DNA of 64,000 nucleotides from an uncultured Ignavibacteriales bacterium (GCA_964396245.1 CAYNEO010000004.1:72402-136401); one strand, 5' to 3'; counted from the first letter of the stretch, positions 12,837 to 23,694 are shown. The notes: generated by a model from the letters alone, not told the origin. Numbers and translations: made by a program.

Positions 12837-12907
12837 GTGCGAATCGGTCCCGCTTGACTTGCCGGTCGAGTGCGCCTACATTGCGTCGATACCGAAGTAG
12901 CCAGATT

Positions 12908-14236
12908 ATGAGAAGAATACCCGCACTCATAGTGCCCCTGCTTCTTGCCGTCATGATGGCGGCGCTTTCATCGAGGGTCCTCGCACAGGACAGTTCCCGG
13001 ATCAGTTCCGACTCCGGCTCCGTTGCGAGTTCCGCGGTCCAATCATCGCAGCCGGTATCCGACTCGAACCTCACCGGACTCAGCTCCGAGGGACAGCAGA
13101 AACTTCAATCGTATTCGCGTCTCAACGTGATCTGGCTCTTTGTCAGTTTTGCCGTTGGAGTGGGTGTCCTGCTGCTGATCCTGTTCGCCGGGTGGTCCGC
13201 CAAATTCCGTAACTGGGCGCAGCTCGCACGCAAATCGTTCTTCATCACCTGGCTGTACATCGCCATTCTCGCCGTGGCCGTATATATCCTGCAATTTCCA
13301 TTCACGCTCTTCCGCGGCTTCTTCGTTGAAAAGCACTATGGATTTCTCAACCAGGGATTTCTCGAGTGGTTCGGTGAGGATATCCTCTCGCTGATTATCA
13401 TGATCATACTGGCTATCGTTCCCGTCTGGCTTTTCTATGCGATTGTGAGACATTTCAAACGCTGGTGGCTGATTTTTACGGCGAGCATGGTGCCGGTTAT
13501 TGTCTTTTTCATCGTCTTTGCGCCGGTGGTAATTCAACCGATCTTCAACGAATACAAGCCGCTGAAAAACCAACAGCTCAAGAACGAACTGCTCGCGCTT
13601 GCGAGTAAAGCCGGTATTACCGGCTCACACATCTACGAGGTCGATGCTTCAAAACAGTCCTCGAAAGTGAATGCTTATGTCACCGGGCTGTTCGGGTCGA
13701 AGCGCATCGTTCTCTATGACACGCTGATCAAGAATTTCACGCCGAACGAGATACGGTTTGTCATGGCTCATGAAATGGGACACTATGTGCGTCACGACGT
13801 CTGGCTGGGAACGCTGATTGCAGTCACATTCCTTTTGTTTGTCATGTGGCTTATCAGCCTGTTTATCCCGGGGACCATTCGCAAGTTCCATTTCCGATTC
13901 GGTTTCGACCGTCTCGGTGATATCGCCTCGCTGCCGCTGGTGCTGCTTTTTGCCAGCGTGTTGTATTTCGTGTTGCAGCCGCTGCCGAACATGGCCTCAC
14001 GGGCCATGGAACATCGCGCCGACGCGTTCGCCATGAAAATCTCCGGCGTGAGCGATCAGGTGGCCGCCGAGGCATTTCGTAAACTGGGCCGGTATAATCT
14101 GTCCAACCCGAATCCCAGTCCCTTTATCGAATTCTGGTTCTACACGCACCCATCGCTGAAACAGCGTATTGACTTTGTACTGAATTATCATCGCCCGTCG
14201 GCGTCGCCGGCTGAAGCAAAGGAAATTGAACAGTGA
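12908..14236 (+). CDS. M48 family (Ste24/HtpX-like) membrane metallopeptidase
   Basis: Signal/TM N-terminus, Ser-rich linker, multiple TM helices and an intact HEXXH (FVMAHEMGHYVRHD). ATG 12908 lies inside the longer tracked ORF, which would otherwise overlap rpmA. Confidence 0.8.
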   Translation: MRRIPALIVPLLLAVMMAALSSRVLAQDSSRISSDSGSVASSAVQSSQPVSDSNLTGLSSEGQQKLQSYSRLNVIWLFVSFAVGVGVLLLILFAGWSAKFRNWAQLARKSFFITWLYIAILAVAVYILQFPFTLFRGFFVEKHYGFLNQGFLEWFGEDILSLIIMIILAIVPVWLFYAIVRHFKRWWLIFTASMVPVIVFFIVFAPVVIQPIFNEYKPLKNQQLKNELLALASKAGITGSHIYEVDASKQSSKVNAYVTGLFGSKRIVLYDTLIKNFTPNEIRFVMAHEMGHYVRHDVWLGTLIAVTFLLFVMWLISLFIPGTIRKFHFRFGFDRLGDIASLPLVLLFASVLYFVLQPLPNMASRAMEHRADAFAMKISGVSDQVAAEAFRKLGRYNLSNPNPSPFIEFWFYTHPSLKQRIDFVLNYHRPSASPAEAKEIEQ

Positions 14237-16536
14237 CCTACGGAAAATCGCCGCTGATAGTCTTGTTGCTTGTACTGAGCGTTACCCCATTTTCATCCGC
14301 TACAGCCGCCGATGGAGCGCAACTCGCCGAAGTTGTCGAGCAACTGGCAAATCCTTCGCTCGACAATACCGTAGCATATGATGTCGCCGGCCTGGAAATC
14401 GAGCACCACGGTTTTGTCCTGGTATTGGATTCCGGAACCATGTACCTGATAGAACCGGTTGTGCTTGACTCGGGTGCGCAATATGTCGGCGGGTATTTTC
14501 AGGGACGGGCGCATTTTCGGTTTGTGCCGCCGGTGCAGGTTGAGAGAGACCAGGTACGGCGGTTCTTCAAAACGGATTCACTGAATCGCGAATGCACGAC
14601 CACCGAACTGCTGTTCAGCAGGGACATGTACTCTGTCGTAATGGAAGCGGGTAAGAAGAAGTCGCCGGACATTACGCCTGAATTGGCCGAGAGTTTCTCC
14701 GAAAGCAACGGAGTGCTCACTGAGGGAGGCAGCCGCGAATTCGTTTTCAGCGCCGTAAAGGCTGTTTCACAACCGGCCGGCGAGTCGTTTTTGCTGGTAA
14801 ATACCGAGCTGTACGAAACAGGTCGGGTCATATATCGATTCGATCCCTATGACCGCGAGGAGGTCAAGCTGTACCGCTACTCATTCGAGCGCGGTTATGG
14901 ACAACGGATGGAACTGGTGTCCAGCTACAGTATCTATATCGATTCCTCTTATCGCACAATCAACGGCTTCAGCAAAAGACAAATTGACACCCGCCAATAT
15001 GCCATTACCGCCGTCGTGGACAACGAGGGATTTTGTGCGTGTACGGCGACGCTGGAGGGCGTCATCCTCAAGCCCGTGCAGATGGCGGCGATGAGCCTGC
15101 GACCCGAGATGGAGGTCGACAGCATTCTCGATGCGTCGGGCAGTCACGTCGGGTTCATCCGTCCGGCAAATGAAGATAATCCCGACCCCGGGCTCTACCT
15201 GTTCCTGGCGGACCGTTTCGAGGCCGGCGACAGCCTGGCTCTGACACTCTTTTATGGCGGCAATATCGCTGATGTCGGCGGGGGTGAATTGTCTGTCCAC
15301 GCGGGCGCGGACTGGTATCCGCGATACAGGTATTTTGACCGGGCAACTTTCGACCTGACACTCCGCACTCCCCGCGATCTGGCTTGCACGGCCACCGGCA
15401 AGCAGGTCGAGCGCAAAGTGGAGAAGCAAAAGTATGTCACACAGTGGCGACAGGATTATCCCGTTGCCGATGTCACGTTCGCTATCGGGAGGCTGGAAGA
15501 GTACGTTGCGTCCGCTGAGGACCTTCCTCCGATTCATCTCTATTATGAGCCCACGGCGATGACGGCGCAGGCAACCGATACCGCATACGTCCCGCCGGGC
15601 GAAGAGGACGTGTTCAACAGCCTCAAGCTGTTCACCCATTATTTCGGTACTTGCGTGTTTCCACAGCTTGTGGCTGTAGAGACACCGTCTCAGGACGCCG
15701 GTGTCTATGCCGGTTTTCTCGCACTGGGCATGCAGACATTTGTGGCGGATCTCGGGTGGGGCCACGATCGACTGACACGATCGACCGGCGTCGCACACCA
15801 GTGGTGGGGAAGTGCCGTGGGATATGAAACGTACCACGACGAGTGGTTGAGCAAAGGCATCGCGCTGTATTCAGCCCTGATGTACCTCCAGGCGGCCGGG
15901 GGCAATGACCTGTTTATCGATCGTTTGAGCGCCTATCGCGACGAGATATTTGCTTCTCACACGTACCTGTTCAGCACCGAAGAGGAATCCGGTCCGGTTA
16001 TTCTCGGCAATCGTACCGCCGGCTACCTCACTCCAGAAGATGCCGAGCTCATCGTGTACAAGAAAGGCGCCTATATCATCCACATGCTCCGTAACCTGCT
16101 GCTCGACACCAAGAACATGAACGAGGACCGATTCCTGACCATGATGCGTGACTGGTATCAGACCTATAAGGGCAAGCCGGCGTCGACATACGAGTTCCAG
16201 CGCATGGTCGAGAAATACACCGGTGTTGACATGAGCTGGTTCTTCAAGCAGTTTGTCTACGAACAGCAACTGCCAACCTATGAATTCTCCTATACCACGG
16301 AACGCGATTCCTCGGGCAACGCCGTTATTACCTGCCACGTGGTCGAGTCGGGAGTCCCCGACGACTGGATGATGTATGTGCCGGTGGAGATCGAGTTCAT
16401 GAGCGGCAGCAAGGCATATCTGCGCCTGTTTATCGAGCAGCCGATCAGCGATATCACACTGCCGCCGGTCGCGGGCAATATCAAGGCGATTCGATTCAAC
16501 CCGTTCAACTCGGTGCTCGCCAAGGTCAAGCGATAG
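14233..16536 (+). CDS. secreted M1 aminopeptidase-like protein with degenerate zinc site
   Basis: Signal peptide. Block TGVAHQWWG[11 protein letters not shown] aligns with the M1 gluzincin motif HEXXHxWFG-x18-E, but H, E and the distal E are replaced. GTG 14233 overlaps the M48 stop (GTGA). Confidence 0.7.
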   Translation: MTYGKSPLIVLLLVLSVTPFSSATAADGAQLAEVVEQLANPSLDNTVAYDVAGLEIEHHGFVLVLDSGTMYLIEPVVLDSGAQYVGGYFQGRAHFRFVPPVQVERDQVRRFFKTDSLNRECTTTELLFSRDMYSVVMEAGKKKSPDITPELAESFSESNGVLTEGGSREFVFSAVKAVSQPAGESFLLVNTELYETGRVIYRFDPYDREEVKLYRYSFERGYGQRMELVSSYSIYIDSSYRTINGFSKRQIDTRQYAITAVVDNEGFCACTATLEGVILKPVQMAAMSLRPEMEVDSILDASGSHVGFIRPANEDNPDPGLYLFLADRFEAGDSLALTLFYGGNIADVGGGELSVHAGADWYPRYRYFDRATFDLTLRTPRDLACTATGKQVERKVEKQKYVTQWRQDYPVADVTFAIGRLEEYVASAEDLPPIHLYYEPTAMTAQATDTAYVPPGEEDVFNSLKLFTHYFGTCVFPQLVAVETPSQDAGVYAGFLALGMQTFVADLGWGHDRLTRSTGVAHQWWGSAVGYETYHDEWLSKGIALYSALMYLQAAGGNDLFIDRLSAYRDEIFASHTYLFSTEEESGPVILGNRTAGYLTPEDAELIVYKKGAYIIHMLRNLLLDTKNMNEDRFLTMMRDWYQTYKGKPASTYEFQRMVEKYTGVDMSWFFKQFVYEQQLPTYEFSYTTERDSSGNAVITCHVVESGVPDDWMMYVPVEIEFMSGSKAYLRLFIEQPISDITLPPVAGNIKAIRFNPFNSVLAKVKR

Positions 16537-16630
16537 CTGTCGGCAGTTTCCCAATTCCCACTTGCCCGTTCAGGGCAAACGTGTATATTGCTCCCTGTTA
16601 TGTGAAAACAATAACAATCTGGAGGATATT

Positions 16631-18031
16631 ATGGATTATCGGATTGAGACGGATTCGATGGGGGAAATTGAGGTACCGTCGGATCGCTACTACGGCGCAC
16701 AGACTGCCCGCTCGCTGGTTCATTTCAAGATCGGACACGAACGGATGCCGCGCGAGCTGATTCGCGCCATGGGGATACTGAAGAAAGCCGCGGCCCTGGT
16801 CAATATGGATCTGGGACTCCTGCCGAAGGAGAAGGGCGATTTGATCGTGAAAGCCGCCGACGAAGTTATCGACGGCAAGCTGGACCTGCACTTCCCGCTG
16901 GTGATCTGGCAGACCGGGTCGGGCACGCAGACCAACATGAACACCAATGAAGTCATTTCCAACCGGGCGATCGAGATGGCGGGCGGTGTTATGGGTTCGA
17001 AAAGCCCGGTTCACCCGAACGACGACGTCAACAAGGCGCAGTCATCGAACGACACCTTCCCGACCGCGATGCATATCGCCGCCGTCGAGGAAATTCATCG
17101 CCGGTTAATCCCGATGATCACTCAGCTCCGCGACACGCTGAAAAAGAAATCGGAAGAATTCAAGGATATCATCAAGATCGGCCGGACACATCTGATGGAT
17201 GCCACGCCGCTCACGCTGGGGCAGGAGTTCTCCGGCTATGTCCAGCAGCTGACCCTGGGATTGGATCGCATCAACGACGCCCTCGAGCGGCTGTATCCGC
17301 TTGCCCTTGGCGGCACCGCGGTCGGTACCGGCCTGAATACGCACCCGGAGTTCGCCGTCAGGGCGGCGGCGAAGATCGCTGAATTGACCGGCAAGCCGTT
17401 CGTTACGGCGCCCAACAAATTCGAATCGCTGGCGGCCCACGATGCCCTGGTTGAAATATCGGGAGTGCTGAAGACTATCGCCTGCTCGCTGATGAAAATC
17501 GCCAATGACATCCGCTGGCTGGCCTCCGGTCCGCGCTGCGGAATCGGCGAAATCTCCATCCCCGCCAACGAGCCGGGATCTTCGATCATGCCCGGTAAGG
17601 TCAACCCGACCCAGTCCGAGGCAATGACTATGGTGGCGGCACAGGTAATGGGCAACGATGTTTCGGTCAATGTCGGCGGATCATCGGGTAATTTCGAACT
17701 GAACGTTTTCAAGCCGGTAATCATCTACAACGTGCTCCAGTCGATTCGCCTTATCGCCGATTCCTGCGAAATGTTCAATGAGCACTGCGCCGACGGTATC
17801 GAGCCGAACAAGATCAATATCGAGAAGAACCTCAGGAATTCGCTGATGCTTGTCACGGCGCTGAATCCGCATATCGGCTATGACAACGCCGCCAAAGTGG
17901 CCAAGAAGGCACATGCCGACAACAGCACGCTCAAGGAAGCGGCCGTGGCGCTCGGTCTGCTGACGGCGGAGGAATTCGATGAGAAGGTTCGGCCGGAGAA
18001 AATGATCGGCCCGAACCTGAAGGCCAAGTAA
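16631..18031 (+). CDS. fumC: class II fumarate hydratase
   Basis: Fumarate lyase signature [24 protein letters not shown] precedes ATG 16631. Confidence 0.95.
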   Translation: MDYRIETDSMGEIEVPSDRYYGAQTARSLVHFKIGHERMPRELIRAMGILKKAAALVNMDLGLLPKEKGDLIVKAADEVIDGKLDLHFPLVIWQTGSGTQTNMNTNEVISNRAIEMAGGVMGSKSPVHPNDDVNKAQSSNDTFPTAMHIAAVEEIHRRLIPMITQLRDTLKKKSEEFKDIIKIGRTHLMDATPLTLGQEFSGYVQQLTLGLDRINDALERLYPLALGGTAVGTGLNTHPEFAVRAAAKIAELTGKPFVTAPNKFESLAAHDALVEISGVLKTIACSLMKIANDIRWLASGPRCGIGEISIPANEPGSSIMPGKVNPTQSEAMTMVAAQVMGNDVSVNVGGSSGNFELNVFKPVIIYNVLQSIRLIADSCEMFNEHCADGIEPNKINIEKNLRNSLMLVTALNPHIGYDNAAKVAKKAHADNSTLKEAAVALGLLTAEEFDEKVRPEKMIGPNLKAK

Positions 18032-18062
18032 CCGAAGCTGTTTCAAATAGACATCAATAAAT

Positions 18063-18087
18063 AAGGCCCCGCTCTGCGGGGCCTTTT
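18063..18087 (+). terminator. intrinsic terminator after fumC
   Basis: AAGGCCCCG-ctctg-CGGGGCCTT followed by TT. Confidence 0.7.
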
Positions 18088-18150
18088 AAGTACTATATGG
18101 GAGGATTAGATGCTGTCGTTTTTTGTTACATCGTCTCTCGTCTCTAGAGT

Positions 18151-18183
18151 GCGAGGGCGGTACAGCCCTGTACCGACCCTCGC
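18151..18183. other. strong 14-bp hairpin with one bulge
   Basis: GCGAGGGCGGTACA-gccc-TGTACCGaCCCTCGC. Confidence 0.7.
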
Positions 18184-18304
18184 TATATCCTAACTAGCCT
18201 TTAGGACAGCTCCACCTCATCCCTCAAGGTGGCATTTCCTCTAACGAAAAAAAGGCTTTCAGGTTCCACTTTTTCAAACGTGAAAAAACGCCGTGTGACT
18301 GCAA

Positions 18305-18337
18305 TTAAAAAGGCGGAGCGTCCTGCTCCGCCTTCTT
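18305..18337. terminator. bidirectional intrinsic terminator
   Basis: GGCGGAGC-gtcct-GCTCCGCC, flanked by AAAAA on the left and TTCTT on the right. The U-run is better when read on the minus strand. Confidence 0.7.
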
Positions 18338-18465
18338 GGTCTGTGCTGTCTAACTGGATAGGACCGTCCCGTTTGAGACGGCATTAATTATAACAAGCAG
18401 ACAGCTCTTTTCGTTTCAACTTTCTAACCAGAAACGAAATAAAAACCGTATTTGGTCCACAATCG
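18305..18465 (-). ncRNA. candidate ~160-nt small RNA (unclassified)
   Basis: Minus-strand TATAAT at 18477..18472. Three hairpins follow (TTCGTTTC/GAAACGAA; GCTGTCT/AGACAGC enclosing CCGTC/GACGG), and the region ends at the terminator at 18332..18307. No family recognised. Confidence 0.25.
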
Positions 18466-18585
18466 TAAGCCATTATACAGCAACAAATAACGCTGCTATG
18501 TCCAACGAGGGTCGATCCCGACCATACCTCTCTGTCACGCAAGTGTCATTGGCGCTGTCGCACAGTGTGAATTTGTCCCTAACGG

Positions 18586-18798
18586 TTATCCCTGCTTGAC
18601 CGGCAGGACATGGATTGCCTTCACGACCAGAAGCACCTCGTCGCCGTTCTGCAGATTCAAATCCTCGAGCGATTCGGTTGTCAATACCGAGGCCATCTGC
18701 GTCGGTTCCTCGACCGCAAATTTGACGAGCGACATGATCTCGCCCTTCTTGATGGAATGCACCCTGGCCGTGATTGCGTTCCGTGCTCCGTATTTCAT
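18586..18798 (-). CDS. mop: molybdenum-pterin-binding (Mop/TOBE) domain protein
   Basis: 70 aa. MKYGARNAITARVHSIKKGEIMSLVKF... shows the typical TOBE single-domain pattern. SD AAAGGAGG. Confidence 0.8.
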   Translation of the reverse strand: MKYGARNAITARVHSIKKGEIMSLVKFAVEEPTQMASVLTTESLEDLNLQNGDEVLLVVKAIHVLPVKQG

Positions 18799-18904
18799 CG
18801 GATTCCTCCTTTACAGGTTTTCGTGTGCGACCTGAATCTAGCCGAATACCGGCCGTACTGTCAATTGACATTGCGTATAAAATCAACCGCCGTATATTCG
18901 TGCC

Positions 18905-20590
18905 ATGCAAACAGCCCTCCATATCCTCAGCCTGGTCAATGAGATTCGCGGTGAGATGACCGGTGGCGAAATCGTTTCAACCGCGTTCTACAAGAAAGAG
19001 CGCGCGGCCTATTTCTTTGTCAGAAAAGGCAAGCTGAAGTCCTGCCTCGCGTTCATATTCCATCCGGTCGGGTTCGGCTACTATCTCGTGCCCAGCGGCA
19101 AAATCAAAATCGACACCAGGGAAAAACCCTGGCCGATCTTCGCGCTCGACGGCGCCCGTATTTCGGAAGTGGAGCAGATGGGACTGGACCGCCTGTTTCG
19201 AATCGTATGCGAGAAAGACAGCGAGACCAGGGTCTGTGTCCTTGAGGCTATCGGGCCAAATGGCAACATATGGCTGCTCGACACCGGCGAGAAGATTCTC
19301 GGCACACTCCGCAAACGCGATTTCAAGTCCGGGAAAACTTATAGCCCCGCCACATTGCCTGATCGCCTGAGTCCATTTGAGCTCAATGGGGCGCTGATCA
19401 GCAAGCGCCTGCGCGATACAGCCGGCTCGTCGCCATCGATGGTGACCTTCATCGAGAAACAGGTGCTCGGGTTCAACCGCACCATGGCCAAAGAAGCGGT
19501 GACCCGGACCGATATCGATTTTGTCGAACTCGATCAAGTATCAGACAGTGACCTGGACAAACTCGCCGAGACTATCACCGACATAGCCGAGAGGTTTCGC
19601 CAGCCCGATGCCGGCTATCTTTACGATGTCCGGGGCGCGCTCGAAGCGTACCCGTTCAAACTGCGCACGGTCGACACTCAGCCGGAAAAATTCAAGACCT
19701 TGTCTCTGGCGGTGATGGCCATGTCGTCGCGGCGCAAATCGGTCGTGCAGGAGGCGGACACTGAAAAGCAGGTCACCGATGCCGTCCGCAAGGCGCTCAA
19801 GAAACTCGAGCGGCGCGTTCCGCGTCTTCAAAAAGATATCGCCGAGGCGGCCGATTTCGAAAAGTACCGCAAGTACGGTGAACTGCTCCAGATTAAACTT
19901 CCTGACATCCAGAAAGGGATGAAATCGATCACCGTCGAGGATGTATATTCGCCGACATCGGAACCGCTGACAATCAACCTCGACCCCGCTCTGCCGCCGC
20001 ACGAAAACGTCGAGACATATTTCCGAAAATACCGCAAGGGTCGCGAGGGACTGGAGCTGCTTCAACGGCGGCTCGAGATAACGGGACAGGAAATCGACGA
20101 ACTCAGGCTGATTCTGGGGGAACTCGAGCGGAATTTTGATTCGGCCTACGAGCGATACCGCTCGGATATCGATTCACTTCTCCCGCGCGGCGGCGAACAG
20201 AAAGACACCGCCGCACCGCGTCTGCCGTTCAGGGAGTATCACCTGTCGACCGGTCTTAAAATCTATGTCGGTCGGGACGGTTCCGATAACGACCGCACGA
20301 CATTCGAATACGCGCGTCCGTACGAATTGTGGTTTCACACCCAGCAGTGTCCCGGCTCGCATGTCGTGATCAAGTACCCGAACAAGTCGTTTGAGCCGTC
20401 GAAAGGCGAGATTGAAGAAGCGGCCGCGATTGCGGCCTATCACAGCAAGGCCAAAAATGATTCGCTCGTGCCCGTTGTCTACGCCGAGCGACGTTATGTC
20501 CGCAAGCCGCGCGGCGCCAAACCGGGGCTCGTAACAGTGGAGCGGGAGAAATCAATCATGGTCGCCCCGCGCAAACCGGTGGACGAGTGA
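18905..20590 (+). CDS. rqcH: NFACT-family ribosome quality control protein (RqcH / FbpA-like)
   Basis: NFACT-N-like N-terminus, a coiled-coil middle and a C-terminal NFACT-R/DUF814 block (YELWFHTQQCPGSHVVIKYPN). Confidence 0.8.
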   Translation: MQTALHILSLVNEIRGEMTGGEIVSTAFYKKERAAYFFVRKGKLKSCLAFIFHPVGFGYYLVPSGKIKIDTREKPWPIFALDGARISEVEQMGLDRLFRIVCEKDSETRVCVLEAIGPNGNIWLLDTGEKILGTLRKRDFKSGKTYSPATLPDRLSPFELNGALISKRLRDTAGSSPSMVTFIEKQVLGFNRTMAKEAVTRTDIDFVELDQVSDSDLDKLAETITDIAERFRQPDAGYLYDVRGALEAYPFKLRTVDTQPEKFKTLSLAVMAMSSRRKSVVQEADTEKQVTDAVRKALKKLERRVPRLQKDIAEAADFEKYRKYGELLQIKLPDIQKGMKSITVEDVYSPTSEPLTINLDPALPPHENVETYFRKYRKGREGLELLQRRLEITGQEIDELRLILGELERNFDSAYERYRSDIDSLLPRGGEQKDTAAPRLPFREYHLSTGLKIYVGRDGSDNDRTTFEYARPYELWFHTQQCPGSHVVIKYPNKSFEPSKGEIEEAAAIAAYHSKAKNDSLVPVVYAERRYVRKPRGAKPGLVTVEREKSIMVAPRKPVDE

Positions 20591-20629
20591 ATATCATATC
20601 GGCGTGAGGTATATCTCTGAGGGGTGACT

Positions 20630-21919
20630 TTATGTTCCCGCTTCGGCGAGTAATGGCTCCGGCTCTCTCCGCCGCATCGGCTGGAATTTCTTGTAAGTCA
20701 GTGAACGCCACAACCATTCCACCGGCCCGAATCGATATCGCTTCAGCCAGTAATTTGAAAACGGAATCAACACCGCCCAGATGGCGAAGACAATGAGCAG
20801 CTGAGCCCATCGGTCAACCTTGCCGTACAAGGCAAATCCCTGTCCGTAGAACAAAAACGTCCCGATAAGCGACTGAAGGAGATAATTGGTGAAAGCCATC
20901 CGCCCGACGGGGGCCAGCGCCGAAGTGATCCGTTTCAGATAGCCTTGTCTGCAAATCAGCATCACCAGGCAAATATATGCGAAAGCCGTAAAGAGCGAGC
21001 CCCAGTAGTTGTAATGCATGTTACCAAACAACGAAGACTCAACTGACCATCCGGTAGCGAAGTCCCGGGTTATGCCGAATATTGTCAGCGGCAGTCCGAT
21101 AATCAGGCCCGCGACAGCGCCGATGATGTAAAATCGTGCCGATCTCTGCGCCGAGAGCACACCCCACTTATAAAGCGCCATTCCGATAAGCATGCATCCG
21201 CCTGCTCGCCAGCCGATAAACGCCAGCATCGAGCTGGTCTGTACCATGAGCGACGCCACGATCCGGTTCAACAACTGCCCGGTCCATCCGCCGCGGTAAA
21301 CAGCCAGCAGTTCGCCGACAGTCTCGGGCGACGGATTCCAGAACGTCCTCATCTGCTCCGTGGCCTCAGGCGGCCAAAAAGGCAGAGTGGCAGAAACCAG
21401 CAGGTATATCGCCGAGGCCACCGATAGCGAGATAATCCCGAAGATGAGCAGCCACTTCGGTGACATCCGACGAAACAGATAGACCACAAGCGCACACAGT
21501 GCGTAAGGGACGAGAATGTCGCCGTGCCAGAGCAGGTAGGCGTGCGCCAGCCCGATAATCAACAGCCAGAACGTGCGGCGGTAATGCACACCGGCCGGTT
21601 TGAGCCCGCGGGCCTCGACCCGAGCGGTCAACAACACAATCCCCGCGCCATACAGCATGGAAAAAATAGTCAGGAACTTCATGCTCGCGAACACTTGCGA
21701 GAAAGTCCACACCCCGAGATTGACACCGGTGAGGTCACCGTAGGCCGTCGGGTTGAAATAGGCGGAGTCGATCATGGCGAACATTTGAATGTTCATGATC
21801 AAAATGCCAAGGATTGCAATACCGCGGAGAACATCGAGCGAAGATATCCGCTCCGATTCTTCGGTTGGCGTGGCCGGTGCCGACGCCCGTACGGTTTCCG
21901 CCATGCTTGCTTCGGACAT
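20630..21919 (-). CDS. DUF418/DUF1624 (YeiB-like) polytopic membrane protein
   Basis: SLDVLRGIAILGILIMN N-terminal motif and about 10 TM segments. Confidence 0.7.
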   Translation of the reverse strand: MSEASMAETVRASAPATPTEESERISSLDVLRGIAILGILIMNIQMFAMIDSAYFNPTAYGDLTGVNLGVWTFSQVFASMKFLTIFSMLYGAGIVLLTARVEARGLKPAGVHYRRTFWLLIIGLAHAYLLWHGDILVPYALCALVVYLFRRMSPKWLLIFGIISLSVASAIYLLVSATLPFWPPEATEQMRTFWNPSPETVGELLAVYRGGWTGQLLNRIVASLMVQTSSMLAFIGWRAGGCMLIGMALYKWGVLSAQRSARFYIIGAVAGLIIGLPLTIFGITRDFATGWSVESSLFGNMHYNYWGSLFTAFAYICLVMLICRQGYLKRITSALAPVGRMAFTNYLLQSLIGTFLFYGQGFALYGKVDRWAQLLIVFAIWAVLIPFSNYWLKRYRFGPVEWLWRSLTYKKFQPMRRREPEPLLAEAGT

Positions 21920-22105
21920 GATAACCCTCGCACAGAGTTGTGGATTGGATGCTCCTGGTTCAATATAGAATAGAGCTCATCTCAGGCAAACAGTTTCTCG
22001 CGAGTTGACTGGCGCCGCCACACGAACATGCGCAATGTAACAAAATTCAAATATTCGACTGAGATGCACCGGAGGGAGAGGGGTGGATGTGATGGTGGAC
22101 CGGGT

Positions 22106-23197
22106 CTATTCGCGTGGGATTTTCTCGCCCGTCATTGTTTCGATTTCATCGAGCAGACTCTTCTCGAGTTCCGCCTCGGTCACGCGTTTGACAATCTCGC
22201 CCTTTTTGATAAGGATGCCCTTACCGTCGCCGCCCGCGATACCGACATCGGCGGCCGCCGCTTCACCGGGACCGTTCACGGCGCAACCCATGACCGCGAC
22301 CTTCAAAGGCTTCTTGATATGCCGCGTTTTTGCAGAAATCGACTCCGCCAGGGGGATCATATCGATCTGACATCTTCCACACGTGGGGCAGGCAATGACT
22401 TCGATGCCATCGTTTTTGAGCGCACACGCGGTCAGGATTTGCTTCGCGACACGCGGCTCATGAATCGGGTCGGCTGTCAGCGACACGCGAATGGTATCGC
22501 CGATACCGGTCATGAGAATGGCGCCGATACCTACCGATGACTTGATCGTCCCGGTCTCCAGTATGCCCGACTCAGTGATACCGATATGAAGCGGGTAATC
22601 GCACTGTTCGGCCAGCATGTGATACGCCCAGAAAGCCGTGACAGTATTTGTTGACTTGACTGAAACAACAATATCGCGAAAGTCCATATCCTCGAGAATC
22701 TGGATTTCTCTCATCGCGGCCTGGACAAAGCCTCGAGGATCATCGTGACGGTACCTGTCGAGTATATCCTTCGGAAGTGACCCGGAGTTGACACCGATTC
22801 GGATAGGGATTTCCCGTTCTTTGGCCGCCTTGGTGACCTCTCGCACTTTCCATTCCGCGCCGATATTGCCCGGGTTGATGCGAATCTTGTCAAACCCGGC
22901 TTCGATAGCCTTCAAAGCCAGCTTGTACTGGAAATGAATATCGGCCACGAGCGGTCTGGAGACCTGTTCGCGAATCGCCTTCAGACAGTTGCCCGCCTCG
23001 TGATTGAGCACCGAAATCCGTACAATATCACACCCGGCGTCGAAAAGCTGATTGATCTGCTTGACCGTGGCGCCGACATCGCGGGTGTCGGTGGTGGTCA
23101 TCGACTGTATGGCAACGGGAAAACCGCCGCCGATAATCACATCGCCTATTTTTACTGCTCGACTTTTACGTCGCTTTATGGGATATTGTAGTTCCAT
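22106..23197 (-). CDS. ispG: 4-hydroxy-3-methylbut-2-en-1-yl diphosphate synthase
   Basis: VAIQSMTTTDTRD, INPGNIG, and C-terminal Cys ligands (ACPTCGRC ... GCAVNGPGE). Confidence 0.95.
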   Translation of the reverse strand: MELQYPIKRRKSRAVKIGDVIIGGGFPVAIQSMTTTDTRDVGATVKQINQLFDAGCDIVRISVLNHEAGNCLKAIREQVSRPLVADIHFQYKLALKAIEAGFDKIRINPGNIGAEWKVREVTKAAKEREIPIRIGVNSGSLPKDILDRYRHDDPRGFVQAAMREIQILEDMDFRDIVVSVKSTNTVTAFWAYHMLAEQCDYPLHIGITESGILETGTIKSSVGIGAILMTGIGDTIRVSLTADPIHEPRVAKQILTACALKNDGIEVIACPTCGRCQIDMIPLAESISAKTRHIKKPLKVAVMGCAVNGPGEAAAADVGIAGGDGKGILIKKGEIVKRVTEAELEKSLLDEIETMTGEKIPRE

Positions 23198-23259
23198 GCT
23201 CGTGCTTGTTGACCGATGATGAACAGTTTTCTAAGTTATGGGTTCTACGCCGGTACGCA

Positions 23260-23682
23260 ATGAAAAGTTGGTCTTATTTTATCTGGTTTAAGCGGTTGAT
23301 TCCGTTCGTATTGCTGGGGATCCTATGGTTGGCGTACGTCAAAATTCGCGACTATCGTCACGACCGGCAGGCGCGCTTTGAATCGACAATCGCCCTCGTG
23401 ACCGCGCACATCTGGATCGCCGGCGCAAAGTATCATGACGATCCCGATCGGTTCGTGATATACCGGGACTCCGTGCTGAAAGCGAACGACCTGACTCTCG
23501 ATGAAATCGAAGACTATGCCTCAAAGTACCAGAAAGAACCGGAGAAGTACGAACGGGTAGCGGAACTGACTGCTGAATTTGTCGACTCTCTTTATGAGCT
23601 CGAGGATTCGCTGAGACGGGTCGAGAAGGATACGTCGGTCGCCGCTTCCGACTCGACTCAACAGAAGCGATCGGAACGCTAG
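23260..23682 (+). CDS. hypothetical membrane-anchored protein
   Basis: N-terminal TM (LIPFVLLGILWLAYV) followed by a charged helical region. No family recognised. Confidence 0.45.
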   Translation: MKSWSYFIWFKRLIPFVLLGILWLAYVKIRDYRHDRQARFESTIALVTAHIWIAGAKYHDDPDRFVIYRDSVLKANDLTLDEIEDYASKYQKEPEKYERVAELTAEFVDSLYELEDSLRRVEKDTSVAASDSTQQKRSER

Positions 23683-23694
23683 GGGGAAAACCCC

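Noticed and set aside
12623-12907. N-terminal extension of the M48 peptidase ORF that overlaps rpmA and its terminator. Similar extensions occur at 1024..1302 (coaD), 8542..8703 (mcsB), 16562..16630 (fumC) and 52239..52337 (symporter).
   Set aside because: The extensions cross upstream genes or terminators, and their starts precede the canonical family N-termini.
14881-15837. 318-aa minus-strand ORF. The same reasoning applies to 35319..36260(+), 62457..63128(-), 59047..59775(+), 25650..26234(-), 22028..22540(+) and 59902..60516(-).
   Set aside because: Each lies antisense to a gene with clear family motifs and shows no motifs of its own.
18862-18871. 10-bp palindrome GTCAATTGAC in the mop/rqcH divergent spacer, considered as a possible ModE-type operator
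   Set aside because: It does not resemble the ModE box I know (TATAT-N-rich dyad), and a single short palindrome is within chance expectation. It is noted only.
18473-18922. 149-aa minus-strand ORF overlapping mop and the rqcH start
   Set aside because: It overlaps the well-supported mop gene (SD AAAGGAGG, TOBE motif) in a different frame and has no family resemblance.
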